Below, in pieces: positions 37,941-50,676 of a DNA stretch of 64,000 nucleotides. A program made the translations under genes and the position numbers. The DNA comes from Tubiluchus corallicola (lineage: Eukaryota > Animalia > Priapulida): the NCBI GenBank assembly GCA_030141605.1, contig JAQGDQ010000015.1:744001-808000 (forward strand), given 5' to 3'. How positions within the stretch are numbered: the first letter of the stretch is position 1; each line of letters starts with the position of its first letter. The notes beneath the pieces are model-generated. The model had not been told where the DNA came from. It did not search any database and was given only the letters and a program-made list of their open reading frames with translations.

Positions 37941-38399
37941 GTGAGGAACATTTAGGAGCTCATTCTCTGCTCATTTAGCAATGTTCCGCACAACTAAAAT
38001 TAACAAACTTCATTTTGCCAACTTGCAGCTAGTGTGCCACTGCTGTTATTTTATCATATATATTTACTATTGCATGTGTAATGCATTCATTATGATATAA
38101 GTTACAATACAGAATTGCAGGCACAACTGATGCCATGTTCAGTGCCATATCAAACTGTGTCATTTTTGTTTCGTGTCAACAAATTTCATGTTTTGTGTTT
38201 GTTTTGTTTTCTGATAAGGTCATTCTCATTTTTGTTCCTTACGTTAAACTCTGCTTGTTTATTTTTAGCACCTCTAGTCACATTTGTTTTCCTAATGCCA
38301 AAAACGATCTCTCATTTGTGATATTTGTGCTGGGTACTTTCAAAATGATTAGTATCATTTTTGTTTTTGACTTAAACTTCTCTAATTTTTATATTGCAG

Positions 38400-38459
38400 T
38401 ATCAAGTGCCATTGGAGCAAGAAGTAGCTACTATGGTAACAACAGGAGCAATGTTTACA
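38400..38459 (+). CDS. RRM protein exon 8 (internal form; read-through gives a stop at 38479)
   Basis: tttatattgcag acceptor, A|GTAAGG donor; SSAIGARSSYYGNNRSNVY; 60 nt, phase 1-1. Confidence 0.72.
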
Positions 38460-39670
38460 GTAAGGCCACAACTATCTAATAAATTGAGCTAATTACATTA
38501 TATGTACAATACATGCTGATTTTTTATTTAAACAATATTGAAAAAGGGCAGTAGCATGAAGTACTAAGTAAAAAGTTGATTGAGATAAATGTTATCAATT
38601 TACAAGTCTGTAAATTGTACGAGTAGGATAAGGCAGGTTCTAAATAATGTTGTGCTGAAAAGAATGCAATGATTTTAACTTTGCTACATTGTTCTGTTTT
38701 ACAGACACAAAAAATATTGGTTCTTGTTAAGACAAGCATAGATCAGGTATCCAAAATGAACTCAACTGCACTAATGGTGGCGCAAAACAGATGAAGTTAA
38801 GACATGAGTGTTTAACTTGGTGTTGAAAGAGTTGCAGGGCAGTCAAAAAAATTGGACACGTTTAAAAAACAAAAACTGCATTGTACAGAGGAATCATGGT
38901 AGCACAAGGCATTACCAGCTAGTTCCGACGTAATTAATGATGGAGTACAATGATTTTCACATAACGCACAAAACATATGAATTTTTATTCATATTCGTAT
39001 TCAGGTATCTTGTTTTGGCAGAAAACAAGTTATTGCAATGAAAAGATTTTTGGCACAATAAAATTCCTCAACATTTTGCTGTATTACTTAGTTTGCACAC
39101 ACATGGCCATAGGAACAAAATTTTTCTTTTAAATAACTATGATCAACAGCTTATCTGAAATCAGTAACTAATGAATTTTTATCTTGCTGAACAAAAGCAC
39201 AAAGTGAGTGGAGCAACAAAAAGATTAATTCAATCTGCGTGCTATCACTGGATTTTTTTTTATTGAACAATTGGAATAAACAGCTATTATCACTGAAGAA
39301 AAATTAACTTGAAATTCTGTGCATGAAGTACCTCTAATAATACAACTGCGAAGAAAGGTTTTTGTAGCATTAATAAGAAATGCCAGAAGGGGGAATTATT
39401 CCATTCCTTATTCAGAATAATTTATCAATCACATTGTGTCATATCTTCGTTATAATGGTACCGTTAGCAAAAAGTATCAGACTGTTCCATTAGCATATCA
39501 GAGATCTGTATCCGCTAATATTCCTCATTAAAAAATTCTAATGAAAGTTTGAAAATTTTAATTTTTACTGGGTCTTGAACCCAGATCTTCTGCATTTCTG
39601 GCTTTCGTCTTCGTGTATGGTAAAGCAGGTAAATTTGTTCTTGATTGTACTATTACTTTTCTACTTCCAG

Positions 39671-39747
39671 ATGGTCCTGCCGGCAGTTTCAGAAAACGAC
39701 ACTTTGGTGGTAGTTACAGACAAAATTCAAGGACTGGTTATTCATGA
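39671..39747 (+). CDS. RRM protein last coding exon (CIRBP-like RSY tail)
   Basis: acttttctacttccag acceptor; phase-1 frame reads GPAGSFRKRHFGGSYRQNSRTGYS*; GGSYR resembles the CIRBP C-terminal GGSYRDSYDSY. Confidence 0.7.
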
Positions 39748-40930
39748 ACACGGTCATGAATTTATAAGCTACTCTTTTTAAAAGTCACAAATGTTTTTAT
39801 CTGATTATATGCAATGACAGCACCTGTAATTAGCATTATTTAGTTATAACGGCATAAAAGCTGATGCAAAATTGCCTGGTGCCTGGTGCACTCGTTTTAA
39901 TCACACAGTACACAAAGCTTACAATCGATGTAACTATGACCTATACACTGGCTACCTGCTTGTGCAGGCATATCCAAACTGGAAAAACTCCATTATTTCT
40001 GTATAGTGCAGAATTAATTTTTTTCTCTTATCTTGAGGTGTTGTAATGTATTTTTGCCATATAATATGTGTATTATTATATCAACACAACATATTATACA
40101 TAATATCAACACACTGAACTTGCGTGTATTGGTTTGCTGATTAATTAATGTATCCACAAACAGTTAATGCAAGTTTTACTAATGTGCTGTGTTTAAGTTT
40201 TAAAATCTAAACAACTTTTATTTGTTGATAATTATCTCTAAAATGTGAAAGTGAATTTCATAGTACATTTACTTACAGACTCAGCTGTGAGCACAACTTT
40301 GGTATTATGCTAAGTAAAGGATGTTCTTTTCTATACTGTATTGTGTAGAATGCTTTAGAAGTTATGACAATAATTAATCTTATAAAAATTTATGTTGAGG
40401 CTAGTGGCACTTAAATAAATTACATGCCATTTAAAAACAAATAAGTATTTCACTTTTAGCATTATGTGCTTTTTTGGTACAGTGATTATTCTTTATTAAA
40501 TTGTCTCTGTCAGCAGTGTAATAACTGTTTTGAGATATTAAATATCATATTTTTGTATTGTTGAAAATTTTATTGTTGCTAAAATGCAAAATTTATGTTG
40601 TATTAGTGTGTTTTTTTATTTATTTTTTACAAAACTGTTTGTTATGAAACTGTATTGCAGTTCACACAATGATATAAACTTATACAGGTGTTGCCAGGCA
40701 ACCCCCAAATGATGTTAGTCTAAGATTTTTTCATTCTCGAATTCTGAAAGATTTTCTTATAACAGAAGTGTTTTGGTAATGGTCATTGTACATGTGCAGT
40801 TGCTCAAATTGGAAAAGTTCTCATTCAAAAGTATCAAAAAACGACTGCTATTTTACTGTATTTAAAAGGTTTGGGGTGCAAATGAATCTTGTATATTTAT
40901 GTAAATAATAAACGTTTAATGTAGTGTTGT
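39748..40930 (+). other. Probable 3' UTR of the RRM gene
   Basis: U-rich; AATAAA at 40907 followed by a GT/T-rich downstream stretch. Confidence 0.45.
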
Positions 40931-41344
40931 TAACAGTCATATTTTCTCGTAAGCTTTTGGTGTTTGGATTTGTTATTGTTATTATTTGTAGTATCAAATA
41001 AACTAATTAGTGTTTGTAAGTTTATTGGATTTCTGAATTTTTTGAAGCAAATAATTAAAGAAATGATTTTTATTAATTAATTGTAATTTGCTTTGGGTTT
41101 AATAGTTACTGTGCGATTTTTAAATTCTGTGATTTTGTTTCAATGGATGAGTTTTTCATTGTCTTGTATTTTGTCTAGCATTACGTAATGCGACACATGG
41201 AGTTACCTTTACAAATGATTAGCATTGTGAATATAGTTCAAAGTAGCCAAGTTTTTTGGCACTTAGAGATGTGGTCAGACCAGAGACTCATCAAGGATAA
41301 TATACTGAGGTTATACACTAAACCACCATTCACATTTGGATGCT

Positions 41345-41557
41345 GTGGTAGTGGTGGTAGTAGTAGTGGTGGTGGTGGCAGCGGCGGCAGTGGTGGTTTT
41401 TGTTGTCGTGATAGTGGTAATAATAGCAGCAGCAGTAGTAGAAGTAATTCTAGTAGTAATTGTGATAGTAGCAGTAACAGATACAGTAGCAGTAGCAGCA
41501 GCAACAGTAGAAGTCGTCGTTGTCTCGCCTTAATACTGGCAGCGAGTAATAGTAGTA
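41345..41557. repeat. Mixed trinucleotide repeat (GGT/AGT/AGC)
   Basis: Directly visible. Confidence 0.9.
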
Positions 41558-42199
41558 CACTGTAGTGCACGTGGTCAAGATTGTCTAAGCGGGGTTGTGT
41601 GGTAAATAAAACTGAGGAGAAGCTATTTTCTCGAATGTCATAATTTGTTAACCAGGTTCGGCATTAGTTGAAGTTTGCAGCCAAGCAGACATTATAAGCT
41701 GTTCTCGCGACTACCCACAATTTTTTGCGAGTGTATACATTTAGCATAATTTACACGTTCAAATACAGAAACATTAAGTACTACACTTGTCTATTTCTGT
41801 AGTACGAACACGTAAATGAACGATGGCTGAATTTGGGAACATTGTTAGCCTGAGGGCACCAAGAGGATAGAGAATTGTGTGGGCAGGCACTTTTTGATAC
41901 CCCGCCCCCTTTGAAGACCCTGCTCATTAGAAAGCTTTTTATACAGAACATAAATCAATATAATACAAAAGACAAAATATCTCTTGTAATTTTTACTATA
42001 ATTTCGTTACTTGTAACATGTTACATCGCAACACTTGCCCCCCCCCCAAGCTTTCGAGCCCCGGTGGCGGGGCCTCCTCGTGAGCTCTTATCTTCCAGTA
42101 ATGTGCGCGTCAAGCCTAAGATTATCGAAAAAGCAGGTGCATTCTTGAAATAGATGTATTCTGCAAAAAAATATTACCATTTACAATATAAAAATGTGT

Positions 42200-42720
42200 A
42201 CGTTCGATATAATGTGCGTTCCACTCGCATAATATTGGCTTCTCATAATTGGCTTGTCCAGCATTCCTTGACGTCACATTCCCAATCACTAGGGGTCCTT
42301 ACAGCTACTTTCTTCTCAAATTTAATTTGTCGTGTAGTTTTTGATGCAAGCGATAACCTTTTCGGCGGGCTAATCACAACATTCTCGCCTTCCCCGAGAG
42401 GAAGGCATCACCGTCTGGACGGCTTCTCTTTTCCCGGCACCTCTCATTCGATACACCTGGGACGTTAATTCCAAATATTCGAATCTACCGTCGAATCGGT
42501 CCAGATCTCATTACTCGCCATGTTTACGCTCGGCGTCGGATTTCCGGCCGGCAAAGCGAATCCGACAGATATCCGAACGTTCGACGCAGCAGGTAGGAGG
42601 ATGAATGTTACAGTTTGAAACGAGGCGGCAAAAACGTTTGTAGTATGAAGCCAGATTGGGCAAATCTCCCGCTGATGGTACCGTGAACTTACACGACCAT
42701 TAGAACTAATATATTTACTC
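42200..42720. promoter_or_regulatory. CpG-rich TATA-less promoter (CRE, CCAAT boxes, YY1, ETS-like)
   Basis: TGACGTCA at 42269, CCAAT/ATTGG at ~42233, 42249, 42282 and 42655, CGCCATGTT (YY1) at 42516, TTTCCGG at 42541; strong CpG enrichment relative to flanks. Confidence 0.7.
42520..42592 (+). CDS. Probable first coding exon of an unidentified gene (MFTLGVGFPAGKANPTDIRTFDAA)
   Basis: gccATG context inside the CpG island, CAG|GTAGGA donor, phase 1; no downstream exon recognised in the window. Confidence 0.4.
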
Positions 42721-43069
42721 GAGTATCAATTGTTTTTCAGCGCTGATGCGGCTAATTTGGCACTGCTTAAATCGTTTGTATATAAAATTTTCTTACATCT
42801 CATGTATGCAGTCAAACCGAGCAAAAATACATGTATATTAAAGTGCTCGTTTTTATTTTCATATACTTTTGAGCTTTGTATATATTTTCATTTTATTTTT
42901 GTGTGCATATCATTAACACTCCTTAGATCTGTGTTATTTTTCTCATTTTGCATATAACTTTAATATACTGAAATAAACTTTAGATAAAATAAAATTACGT
43001 TTCGTTTTTTCTAAAACTTGAATGGACCTGTAATTTGAATAGTATAGTTCTCTAGATCAGAACAGAGTA

Positions 43070-43285
43070 AGGGTTCAGTGGAGAAGAGAAGAAAAGAAGA
43101 GGTTGCATGAGAGGAGAGGATAGAAAAGGATCCCAGAGGAAAGGAAAGGACAGGGAAAAGGTGAGGCAATGAAAGGATTGGAGGGGAAATAAGGGACACA
43201 GAGAGCAGAAAAGAGAAGGGAAGAAAAGAGAGGAGGAGTGAAACGAAGGGAAGACAAGAAAAAGAAAAGAAAAAGTAAGGCACAA
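43070..43285. repeat. Purine-rich (GA) low-complexity tract
   Basis: Directly visible. Confidence 0.85.
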
Positions 43286-44739
43286 CATGATGCTCCCCAA
43301 TTTGTAAAGTTGGCAGATGACCTGTTTGTGCATGACGTTCAGCAGCGTTTTACTCGGTTTCATTTACATTTGTTTGCGTTTAGATTTGTCTAACTGCATT
43401 GTAATTAAGCTGATCACCAATTAATGAAACACACTATATAATATGTAATATAATATATAATAATATAATGGTATATAATATGGATTTCAGCATTTTCTGT
43501 AGGTTTACAGTTCAAGATCCCAAGATTGCAATCAGAAATTGCATCTACCCCGAAATTCGTTTGGTTTATCTCTAGAATAAAGTAGCGTAGTGCAAAGTAG
43601 GAAAATGAGTAAAAGTTGAGTAGAAGAGAGAAAACTGATTAGTTGAGGGCTGAGATAAAGTGAAGTAAGCAAAAAAATAAAGAAGTGCAAATCTAAGGGA
43701 GCCGAATTCAGTGCCATATTATAGTAATGTGGAACTGCTTAAATTTTTACCGAATGTTTCCACTGTTTTATTTCATTGGCACTGGGCACATGTAATTTGT
43801 CTGACAGATTCAATTATTACCCACTTCTCATAGTGTTTTACTTGTTTGTCTAAGTGTGAGTAACTAACAGGAATTTAGAATTTAGATGTGTTTGATTTGC
43901 ACTATAAGTGTAGATTAAAGCTATTTGTACCTACAGAGTGTAGATAGATTTTGACACGCGAGTGTCTAAAATGCTAAGCAGTACAACTAACATCAGTTAA
44001 GTTTTAATAACTATTTGCTCAAGTCGATGATGCTATAACGCAATATCATAACAACCAGAATGTTTAACGGATACTGAGAAAATAGGAAAAAGCAAAATGC
44101 CCCTGTTTCGAATATTTACGAGTTAATAGTCCAAAGACTCAGCTATTTGCGCATTTACCTGTACGAATTTTCACGGTCCCTTTTCGGTTCTTGTCAGATG
44201 ATTGCGCCTCCGGGGCGATCCGTGGAAAAAATAACTCCCGCATTATCCATACCAGTATTCAAGTTTTGCACAGGTGTGAAAGTTTTTGTTCAGGTATATG
44301 CTTATCTTCGACATATCACCTAAACCCCGTCAGTCAGCCGTACTGATTTGCCATTAACATTTGTTATAACATCTAATATAGGCTTACAGTTAACATTCCT
44401 GTGTTATTCTTGCAATTCTGAGAGGTCTTTAAATTCCTAAGGCTTGCAAAGTGTTTTTTGTCTGACGAATAGATGAAACCGCGGAGCTTGACTTTGTTTG
44501 TTGTAACGATAATTTTAAAATAAGTAGTATTTTTGTTTATTTTATTTTTTATTTATTTCGCACAACCCCTAGTGCAGAAAAGTGCCGTAGAACCGTACCA
44601 ATTGTTGGCGACTAATTATCTGGTAGCTTAGTAGGACAGCGGTATGGTTAGCTACTCACTTTTCTAAAGTTCGTGGCTCACAAAATACATAGATAAATGA
44701 TTTCTAAAATTATTTTTCCTAGTAAAAACAGCTGTTGAG

Positions 44740-45060
44740 CAGCGGCGGATTATGATTTTATGGGCCTTAGGCTTGAGCTTGAAACGGGCCTTTTAAATTG
44801 TATAATGTAAACTTAAATTGTGTAAACGTGAATTGTGTAACTTAAATTGTGTAAACTTGATTTGTGTAAACCCGATTTGAAATATAGTGACTGACTTTTG
44901 AGAAAAAACTTTTTTCTACATTTTATTTTGGCGGGCATCTTGCTCTTTTGTCAATTTATTTTTTTTACAAAAAAAAATTGTTCGTTTTATTTTGCCGGGC
45001 CCCTTTTGATCCCGGGCCTTAGGCTTCAGCCTATTCAGCCTATAGGGCTATCCGCTACAG
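44740..45060. mobile_element. hAT-type MITE with perfect 8-bp TSD
   Basis: CAGCGGCGGAT / ATCCGCTACAG ends; ctgttgag at 44732-44739 and 45061-45068; subterminal GGGCCTTAGGCT repeats; internal tandem TTGTGTAA(A)C repeats. Confidence 0.8.
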
Positions 45061-48000
45061 CTGTTGAGCAGTATAAACATTTTCAGCTGATATTATAAAA
45101 AAATCATAATGCCGTGTAAAAAATGCAAGGTGCTGTTATTGTTTTTTAGAACAAACAGCTTGAATCCCAACGTTGCAGCTTTTAGAAAAATTCATATACG
45201 GCTAATTTTAAAAGCATAGTTAACATATAGCAATATATGTATAAATACACACATTTTTAAACTTCGCAGATACAACTTCCTAACATGCAGAACTGTCACA
45301 GTTCTGTGTGCGATATGGTTCTAAACTAATGGTGAAAGTTGCTAGGTCAGTGAAGTGGATATAATAGTTTTAAGGTTTGTCAAATTACTACACAAATGAA
45401 TATAATTCCGAAATCTTATGACGAGTGGAGACACGTGTTCCAAAGGCTAAATCTAGCTAGTGATTTACCCATGTAAGTATTTCATCAAACCTTCAAAGTA
45501 GGAAAAGTTGTAAAAAGATTGGACAAAAAAGTTTTTTTCACCACACCCTAATGTACAAAGACCAGAAGTTTGTACGCAATTAAGTTTGAACAAATTAAAA
45601 TACACTCGAACCTAAAAACAATATAGCATGGAAATCATAGCAAAATTTAAACACATAGTCTAGTAGAATGCAAAGCCTAAAAAGAGAAATTGGGTTACAA
45701 TTTAAAAACACAGCTTAAGAGGTTTCTCTACCAACATGTCCATCAAAAGTTAAATATTGAGTAAAATCGACATTTCATATTCGGGCATTTGAAAAGACCG
45801 AATATAGCGAACTTCGCTACCCAGACTTATAGTGTTTCATAATATTGATTCAATAATTAGAGCTATTTAGCTAAATAATGAAATAACTAACATGCTTTGT
45901 AGAATATGTGTAATACGTAACTATTTTATCACTTTGTAAAATTTTATTGCTTATTTTTCAAAATAATGGTTCGGCCAGTATTCATTTACAGCACCTCAAC
46001 AAGCAAGAACCTATCGTAGGTAGCACGGACTTATTCCCATGGATCGTTAAACAAAATAGACGTCATATCATCAATTTTTGATTGTGTCCACAACAATGAC
46101 GAGGACGAGTGACAGCATTTATCACTTGAAACCCACTTGAAATGGGTATCCAGGAAGCAGAACCCGTTTAACAGTATTAGCAAAATATACAAACTGAGAT
46201 GTGCGGTATTTCCAGAGCTCAACAGTTTCTTTCTACAGGAAGCAACAGTCTAGTAGAAATACGAAAAACAATGCAAAATGAACTTTGATTTCTGCATTTC
46301 GTTATTCCAATTATTCATATAAAACTTGGCATGACCGCACTTATCAATTGGACTTTGTATAGTATAATATCGGTATTCTTATTTCATCTGTTATAGTGTT
46401 TCTTTTATAATTGTCTACAAAATAAATTTGCACAATTATTATAGGAAAATAGACATCTATAGTTGACGCTGTAATGAAAATTGATGAAACATTTGCAATA
46501 TGTAAATTCTGAATGAGTCATGCGTCAACAAATTTTTAGAAATGTCTTATTCAATCATTAGGTTATTAGCGTTTAAGAAACGGCGGGTGAACATTGTGAA
46601 TATGTATTCCGGAATGTCACGCTGTTGGTTGATTGCAAAAACTGGCATTTTAAAATGAATGAGCATTAACGACAACGTCCAATTCGGCATCAACTCTTTT
46701 CGCATTTTCACTTCCAAAAAGTAGGGCATCGTTACTAACAACGTTCACTGTTAAATTGTTCCTTTACGCTGCATATTTTAATCAGTGGACACTCTAGTAT
46801 AATATAACTCCTTCAGCCGATATGGAAACTTTCAGAGATGTAGCACACGTATGTATGTATGTATGAGGTAAAAATACAATTATATTTGCATAACTTCATA
46901 TTCCCACGATACAAGTTGGTTTTGTACATTCCAATATCAACGTATTTCTTGATGAACACCTAACATAATGTGCTCAAAAATGGCTGACAATGAGCATGTT
47001 TATTACCATAGAATGTAACACGTAACTCAACTAATTAAGTTTAAGCCTTCCTTTGTGTGATCAACTTCAATCTTTTAGTAGGCTTGAATGAGATAACTAC
47101 AATATAATACTGGAAATAATTTAAAAAAAGAAATTCTATAAAGCAAGTGGTTATAAAAAAGCTTACAATAAAACTAACCGTAATGCTGAAAATACTTCAA
47201 AAAAGGAAATCCTATAAAGTGGTTTCAAAAAGCCGTTTATATTATTATATTACATGAATTCGAGTGATACGCGTTCCGCCTGATAATATTGAATTATGAC
47301 ATTTAACTTGCATAATTTCTGAGTGACACGCTTCCCAGTGTTTTTTCCCAGTAAAAATTTTAGCAAGCAGAGTTTGATTTTTTGCACCTGTTTTTCTTGT
47401 AGAGCAATATTTTCGGGAAAGTCCCGTACGTAGTCTAGACGCGCAACACTCATCGAGGATGCGTACAATCGTAGCACAATTTTACTTTAGTACTGTGATT
47501 GCACACTTTAATTTTGAATTCGATGTATAAACTCATGCATACTACGCACTCACGAACATTTTGGGTTTAGTTTGATTTTTTGCTAGATACATCAATTGCT
47601 GAAAAGTTAACTTTCTCTTGACCAAGCATTGGTTAATTGCTTGTACTGACAGCTGGTAGCGAGCCTGTTTAGCTTGTAAGTCACACCATTTCCCAGTTTG
47701 GCAAATAAACACTCCTCTATATGATGCACTTGAGTCTCTCTCCAAGAGTAACTTTTTCTACTCCTGAATCTTCTCTCCTGTTCACGGATGCCCTGGAGAG
47801 GCAGTGAAGCCAAGCTTAGTTATCAGATTGATAATTTCATAAAAGGTTTTGCTAAATGTTTTACTTGGTATGTAAAAAAGGGTATGCTGTAAGAGCCTTA
47901 TCTTTTCAAAAGTCAACGAAAGGCTTAAAAACGTCACATTTAGGGACCGTACAGTAATTAGATTAGTGATTTATTTTCTCCACAAATTTACTTTTAAACA

Positions 48001-48639
48001 TAAAATATACAAAAATACAAATGGGCATAGGAGAAATAGTAGCGAAAAAGCAAAGATTAGCGAGTCAACCAGTTTTCTCAGAAAGACAAATAAACAAAAT
48101 AACACTAATGACAGAAAAAACACAACTATGAAAATACATAAACATGTATAAATACAAAAAATAAAAACACAAATATAAAAATACAAAAAACAGCCATTCC
48201 TAAAGAAAAAACAGTCAAGCATTAAAGATATTATACTGTTCAAAACAAAAAAATCAGATCAAAATGAGAATACTTAAATGTTCGGAAAAAACAACATTCG
48301 TAAAAGAAAATTTAACTGGAATCAAGATTTTTAGATAGGCATAATTAAACAGAATTAAATGAAATTCAAATCAGTAGTTTAAGAAAAGTAATAGTCATCA
48401 ACTATGTATAAAGAGACTATGAATATACAAGTGAATAGCAAAAATAGCAGATTGTCCTGACAATTGCAAAACATTAAGCAAAAAAATCTGAATTTAAAAA
48501 ATGGCAAAATATGATCCAGATTTAATTTTTGTAACAGCAGAATACAAAAAACTATTTGATTTGACAAATAAACAATATTTTAAGTTTTTAAGCTTTACTA
48601 AGGAAAAACAAAAAAAAATAATGCACAATGAATGTATTT

Positions 48640-48800
48640 AACAGTTCAGCTTGGTATCAACTTTATAAAGTAAAGCGCTATTAGCACTGGTTAGTATTTT
48701 GATGGGTGATTTAACGCCATTCCGTGATTGAATAGACTTTTCGTCGCACAAACTAGATAAGAAAAAGCGCCACCCTTTTACCCTTATTGTGAGATCCACT
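48640..48800 (+). mobile_element. 5S rRNA-derived (SINE3-like) remnant
   Basis: CTGGTTAGTATTTTGATGGGTGA at 48687 matches the 5S internal control region (CTGGTTAGTACTTGGATGGG.GA), preceded by an AAAGTAAAGC A-box-like motif. Confidence 0.45.
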
Positions 48801-50676
48801 GTAACTAGTCCAGCATTTTTGTATTGATACTGTAGTTAAAATGTCAACATTTTCGCCATAAACTTTCAATGTTTTGATTAGTTTTTCATTAAAAGCAAAT
48901 ATTTTTCTAGGTCTATATTGTTTATGTTCCAATAAAGCTGTGGCAGAATCTGTTAGACCCTGTACTATTTTGAAAAAAAATGTTGTTTATTTTCCTGACA
49001 TAATTTTTCGAACACCTGATGTTATAGAACGCGTGCAAAATCCCTTAGATGTACTAATAATATTATCAGTTATGAGTTCTTCATAATATCTGAGTCAGGT
49101 TAATCTTAAAGTTTATTTATTTCAAGCACATATATATCTAATTTATGTAAAAATCCTAACAAAATCACTAATTTGGTAATACTTTAATTGATTTAATGTG
49201 CTGGGTTAACTGTGTCGTAGTGTTTTTAGCGTTCAATTCACAAGTAGTGGATCAAATCAATACTATGACTAGCTACGCAGTGGGCTTAGTTTACTTTTTG
49301 AAATTCTGATTTTAAGCATTTGGGTAGAAAGTGGCTTCTAATTATTATATCAGTTAATTGATACATTATATATGCCTTATAGATCAGATATTTAATATTA
49401 AAAATTCTACGCAGCAATTAAAGTTGCAAGCGGATAAATGTGTAAAATAACATTTTAATATAAGACATGTTCTGTACTCTGTGCACAACTAACTGTTCAA
49501 CCTGGTCTACACCTTATCAACATTTAACTAAGAATATGAAATATATCGAAATATGAAATAGGATACACATTCTGCACAACCTGTAGTAAATATTTTTATG
49601 AAAAACGATGTTGGACAGAAGGTCAATATATCTAGTTGAACGTCACGAAAAGTTTAAGTCTATAGGCAATAGTATTACATAAAAGACCGCCTCGTGGTGC
49701 CGGTTTTTGCACATTTTTCGGAAATACCTGTTGTAAAACCGTCCCCGGAGGTCTGCCTTGGAGGGTGTCGGTCGCCGGTTTTAGATGAACTGTCAACCGA
49801 ACAGGATCAACTTTTATTCGTTTACAATATGAGAAAATTTGAGCATGATGGACGCCGACTGTCAGGCCAAGATAGCGAGGCGGTCAATTTGTCTTTGATC
49901 ATTCAGCAAATATGTGTTTAAGGTGTCCGAGACACTGATTATTGTCCCACTAAAGTTGTTAGCTTCTGGTAAAATTTACGACACGCGACAAATGTCTTTG
50001 GCTCTGTGTGCCTTTTCTTTTGTTTGGAATTTCAAGGGCTGTATTAGTCATGTACTCAAGTCTTGTAGTATACATGTATAGGTTTATAAACTACTCTATG
50101 TATGTAGTAGAGAAGGCATTAGCTTTTAAAATTTTTAACTTACCATCTTACCATCAGTTAGATGAGAGAAGATTATATTAAATTAGTATTTCAAATATAA
50201 GCTATACTAGTCCAGAATGCTAAGTGTTGGGTTACTCGTTTATTAAGTTTTTCTGCCCAATTGCCTGAATACGTAATTTAGAACACCACTTACCGTTGTC
50301 ACAGAAACCATTTTTCGTAAATGAACGCGTTTCAGAACAATATTTTTCGTTGTCATGATCAAAAAATTTAAAATACGTGCAACAATATTTTTAAAAACTA
50401 ATAAAAACTTATTACATGAACAACGAGAACGAAAACAGCATTACGACGAGAAGACCTCTTTATAGAGTTCGCAAGTGAGTAACTAAAAAAACTCACAATT
50501 AAAATACTTACAATAACTATATGCTAAAACGATACTGAAGTTACCATATGCAAAGATTGGCCTAAACCGTCTATCTTATCACCTTTTTATCATACAGCAC
50601 TGCAATATAGAGGTATGTACAAATGTTAAATTATTGTAGTAAACACACTTTATAATTTTTACACGTGAGTTATTTA

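Noticed and set aside
34256-38399. Intronic C/D or H/ACA snoRNAs
   Set aside because: No properly paired RTGATGA...CTGA with a terminal stem found by eye; a covariance-model search would be needed.
41188-41570. Poly-S/G, poly-L and poly-V ORFs
   Set aside because: Trinucleotide low-complexity tract with no splice or start context.
43503-43585. Second exon for the gene starting at 42520 (GLQFKIPRLQ...)
   Set aside because: Good acceptor and correct phase, but no convincing donor and the frame stops after ~27 codons; cannot be supported without RNA data.
44805-44875. Regularly spaced short repeats resembling a CRISPR array
   Set aside because: Tandem units without unique spacers, inside a eukaryotic MITE.
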